Source: Amoebophrya sp. A120
Taxonomy: Eukaryota > Protista > Dinoflagellata
Direction: 5' to 3'
NCBI GenBank assembly: GCA_905178155.1
Contig: CAJINV010000010.1
Location: forward strand, 1,571,182 to 1,635,181
Length of the DNA stretch: 64,000 nucleotides
Positions 60,848 to 64,000 of the stretch are shown here, one piece after another (positions within the stretch are counted from its first letter, which is position 1; the number at the start of each line of letters is the position of its first letter). The position numbers were made by a program, and so were the translations under genes. The notes beneath the pieces were generated by a model. It was given only the letters and a program-made list of their open reading frames with translations. It ran no database searches and had not been told where the DNA came from.

Positions 60848-62435
60848 ATGGCAACAAACTGGTCCCAGAAACAGCAAGGTCGACCACCGCAGGTTGATTG
60901 CCTGTTGCAGTGCTTGCTTTTAAGAACACATGACGGGAGCGGGTCCACAAAGGATGCAACTAAAGTTGCGGGCTGCAACAAAAGCACCACAGAGGCAGAG
61001 CATGCACACAACGCAACAAGCCACAACCCGCTCGGAGGTGCCCGCCGTGTCGGGGAGAGGCCCACTACCCCTCCGTCATCAACCATTCATCCTCCCGCCC
61101 AGCAACCGCTGACAAAAAGATTTCTACCGCCACTTGTTTTCGAAGCCTTATTCGACACACCCCCAACTGGCGCTTTTACGGCCGGGCAGGATTATCTTGC
61201 CACAAGAACAAATCAACACACTCCGCTGTCGCGGCTAAAGCGGGCCTATATCACCGAAGTCGCGGGCCCCGCAGGTGCGGGAAAGTCCCAGCTTTTGATG
61301 CAGTTGGCGGTGGAGCACTGTAAAAGCCAATTTTCACGGCTTGAGCCGCAAGAACGTGGCCACGACGACGACCCCAGTTGTGCACAACTACAAAAAACTG
61401 CAGTGTCTTGTGTCCTGGTTCTGTCCACGAACCGTGCCGCGTGGGTGGCATATGCAATGTAAATTTCCCGTACATGTACAAAATGCATGACAAATTTCGC
61501 TAACTTGCAGCGTCCAAGCAACTTGTCATGCTAGACTAGGATTGAAGGCAAGTTTTGTCATGCAGAGACTGCATTTGTACGTGTACGGGAAATTTCCTGT
61601 GGATATGGCAAGATTGCGCAGCATAGTCGGCAGAGAAAGCGACCACCTTCTCCAGCACATCCGGGTCCAGCAGGTGAATTCTTTGGAGGATGTCCTCGGA
61701 GTGCTGGCGAAGCTTGTGGAGCTTCAAGATGTTGGTGAAGATGAAATACAACAGAGCGCTGAGAATAGTACAGGAAGCCATGAAATAATACCTGCTGGAA
61801 ACCACATTCCAACCACGACATCAGGCACTGCCGTCGCGTCATCAACCGTGGTAGACGAAACCACAGGAAGCGTGAATCAGTTCCCGTCATCAAAGTCAAG
61901 CGCTACGCGGCTCTCTACCGAGCAAGAAGAAGCAACTTCAAATCTGAAGAAGCCAGAGGAGAAGCAAGCCAGCGTCGAAACAAGTAAGCCGACCCGTCAA
62001 CCGCGAAATTCTCGGCTGCAGAACAGAACGCAGATTCATCTTCATCTCGGTCTCTTCCTTCTCGACGGTCTGACTATGCTGATCAGCGGTGCGGACTTCG
62101 CGAATTTCAAGCACCGGGAAAGATCCTTACAGCGCCTAATCCGCAACCTCCGGTGCATCAAGTGCCCGGTGTTCTACACGGCGCATTTAGCGCAGGATTG
62201 GAAGCAGAACTGTTTGAAGTTATCTTTGGGGAGAACCTGGACCGAGCAAGCGTGCCACCAAAGGGTTTTCCTGCAAAGGTTACACAACGTAGACATGGCA
62301 GGACGACAAGAGAATGCAGGTGAATTGGAACCAGACGCGAGTGTAGTGCTCGCCACGCTGAGCGAGGAGCAGGGGGAAGGCGTGTTGTTGGGAATTGGAA
62401 AACGCGGTGTGAAGTTGTTAAATTCGCTGACGTGA
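60848..62435 (+). CDS. RAD51/RecA-family recombinase paralog (RAD51D/XRCC3-like), ~475 aa
   Basis: Exons 60848-61450 + 61611-62435. ITEVAGPAGAGKSQLLMQLA (Walker A in RAD51-family context), LFLLDGL (Walker B), LSLGRTW...RVFL (paralog C-terminal motif). Confidence 0.85.
61451..61605. mobile_element. TIR introner, family F (inverted relative to 27889)
   Basis: tatgcaatgtaaatttcccgtaca...tgtacgggaaatttcctgtggata; DR tggca. Confidence 0.94.
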
Positions 62436-63357
62436 ACTATCGTATTATTTCGTTGTTATCAAGGATTTTGCTTTTGCTGAAATTTAAAGCACATGCTAAG
62501 ACTTTTTCAAACTGCGTTCAAATCGCGGTCTGTTGCTTTTGATTTTGTCGCGCAAGTCTGCTACGCAGAATGTGGAGGTGGGCAATAACGTATAGAAAAA
62601 CACTTCTGTAGCTCGTCCGAGGATGCTCTTGCTCGTCATAGTTCTAGAAAAGTCTCGTGGAATTATTGCTTTTACTCTTCCGAAGTGAAAATTAGGAGCA
62701 TCAACGTGAAACTAACGCGCATCTGTGAAAAAAAAAGTCGCCTCTTCTTGATCTAAGTAGGTATCCTGCCGCCTTCAAAAAGAAAACCCATTGGAGTGCC
62801 GGCGAAGTTGCATCATGAAAGATCATAGGACTACTTCAATCTGCTTGTCGACAGAAGTGCAGCTCGCAGAATACCGTATGTATAGCCGGCCGCTTTCTTA
62901 CAGTGCAGCGGCTCTGGCAGCACAGTTTTCATTTTATTAGTCGCTGACTCTGTCTCTCTCCCTATTCTCGCAGACCCTGAGTCGCGGCCACATAAAAAGC
63001 GTGACTTCTCCCTCGGAAAGGGTTCGAGTTCGAATTCCAATCGGTTGCAGCTGCAATACGTGGGACAAGAAAAAATCAAAATGTAAAATCAAAATAAGTA
63101 GTTCGCTTCATTGTGTGAGGACAGCACACAGGGGATCATACAATTAGAGGGGTTGAGAGAACAACGGGTCGTTGTCCTTAGATGAGAAAGAGCGTTTTCA
63201 CTAGAGGGCTCGAGGGTCGTCGTGGTGAAGTTTAAGAAAACTTTAATTCACCTGATCGCCCGAATCGGCCTACATGGATGTTGTTCTCTTCAGCAGCAAC
63301 ATTGACCCTTAGAGCACCACTTTGTTGTTGTTCTAACCGCAAAGAACTAAAGCGAAA

Positions 63358-64000
63358 ATGCACGGCTTCGATTCGCTTGTCGGCGGGGGGATTCTCCTCC
63401 TCTTGCTCGAGCTGTTGATGATCGCGGTCGTATCAAATGCAAATATGTATGGGTCTGGGAGGATGCAACTTGTCATGCTAAATCTGAATCATGTAAAAAT
63501 TGCGCTGCATGATTTTGATTGCCCAAAGCAAAATAAGCTGTCCACTTTTGACCTAGTCGAGAGGCAGTTTCTTATGCAGAATAAGCATGATAGAATTAGA
63601 ACTCTCACAGAATCTGTTATGCTATGTCCTGCATACCAGACCTCATGGATCATAGAAAACCTGCATGACAAACCTAGCACTCTTCCAGACCCAGACATAT
63701 ATGCATTTGATAGGTCGTCGCCTACAACAACGAGCTACGCACTGCAAATATGTCTGCGCCTGAAGCGGTCTGTTGTAGTAAACATGCAAAGGCACCACAT
63801 GATAAAACGCACGCGCTCTGTTTGCTAGGTGCAAGCGAACGTTCTGATGCGTGAGCATAGGCATAGCATAGGCTTCCTTGCAAAAGAAGAAGAAACTTGC
63901 AAAAGCCTTTGCGTGCATGCGAGAAGGCCTTCTGATGCGTGGTCGAAAAGATGCATCACAAACAAGGACAAAATTTCAGGACCAGACATGAAATTTTCAG
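63358..64000 (+). CDS. 5' end of a probable secreted/membrane protein (runs off the window)
   Basis: MHGFDSLVGGGILLLLLELLMIAV (signal-peptide-like), then introner, 18-nt exon 63718-63735 (VAYNNE), then a second introner. Confidence 0.6.
63431..63712. mobile_element. TIR introner, family A
   Basis: tatcaaatgcaaatatgtatgggtctgg...ccagacccagacatatatgcatttgata; DR ggtcg. Confidence 0.93.
63736..64000. mobile_element. A-related introner truncated by the window end
   Basis: tacgcactgcaaatatgtctgcgcctgaa ... ttcaggaccagacatg near the window end. Confidence 0.6.

Noticed and set aside
60848-62435. Functional link between the RAD51 paralog and element removal
   Set aside because: Proximity in a eukaryotic genome implies nothing; it is itself just a host of one element
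3932-63828. Recurring short ORFs with peptides such as KCKNVWVWK, FQTQTFLHLI, LPDPDIFAFD, QKYRTR
   Set aside because: They are translations of introner TIRs in various frames, not a protein family
1-64000. Autonomous transposase, reverse transcriptase or recombinase for the introners
   Set aside because: No ORF with recognisable DDE, RT, HUH or tyrosine-recombinase motifs was found; a very divergent one cannot be excluded by eye
1-64000. Alternative genetic code, stop readthrough or mass pseudogenisation as explanation for fragmented ORFs
   Set aside because: Stops fall inside the TIR elements; the standard code gives continuous frames once these are removed
1-64000. Dinoflagellate spliced-leader relics, tRNA, rRNA or snRNA genes
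   Set aside because: No match noticed by eye; a covariance-model search would be needed to exclude them

Overview
Eukaryotic, gene-dense DNA with almost all genes on the + strand. The long S/T/A/G-rich protein insertions and the intron type point to a parasitic dinoflagellate (Syndiniales, Amoebophrya-like); this assignment is inference. The dominant feature is a set of at least 44 short (119-339 bp) elements from about 10 sequence families, all inserted in coding sequence. Nearly all start TAT and end ATA, carry ~20-35 bp terminal inverted repeats (TIRs), are flanked by a 5-bp direct repeat and lack GT-AG ends. Removing element plus one repeat copy rejoins the fragmented ORFs in frame at every junction I could follow, in either element orientation. 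They therefore behave as MITE-like non-canonical introns (introners). This rule rebuilds a ~4,270-aa unknown protein (521-19281), a phospholipase/carboxylesterase (APT/LYPLA-like), a ~469-aa membrane protein, a Cys-rich probable surface protein (partly resolved), a ~2,850-aa divergent protein kinase and a RAD51 paralog. There is also an intronless 1007-aa membrane protein. Region 34.5-41.8 kb is a patchwork of local duplications and foreign segments (real rearrangement or assembly artefact) and holds a filled copy of a site that is empty at 18189. No transposase, RNA gene or CRISPR array was recognised. All coordinates and counts were made by hand.
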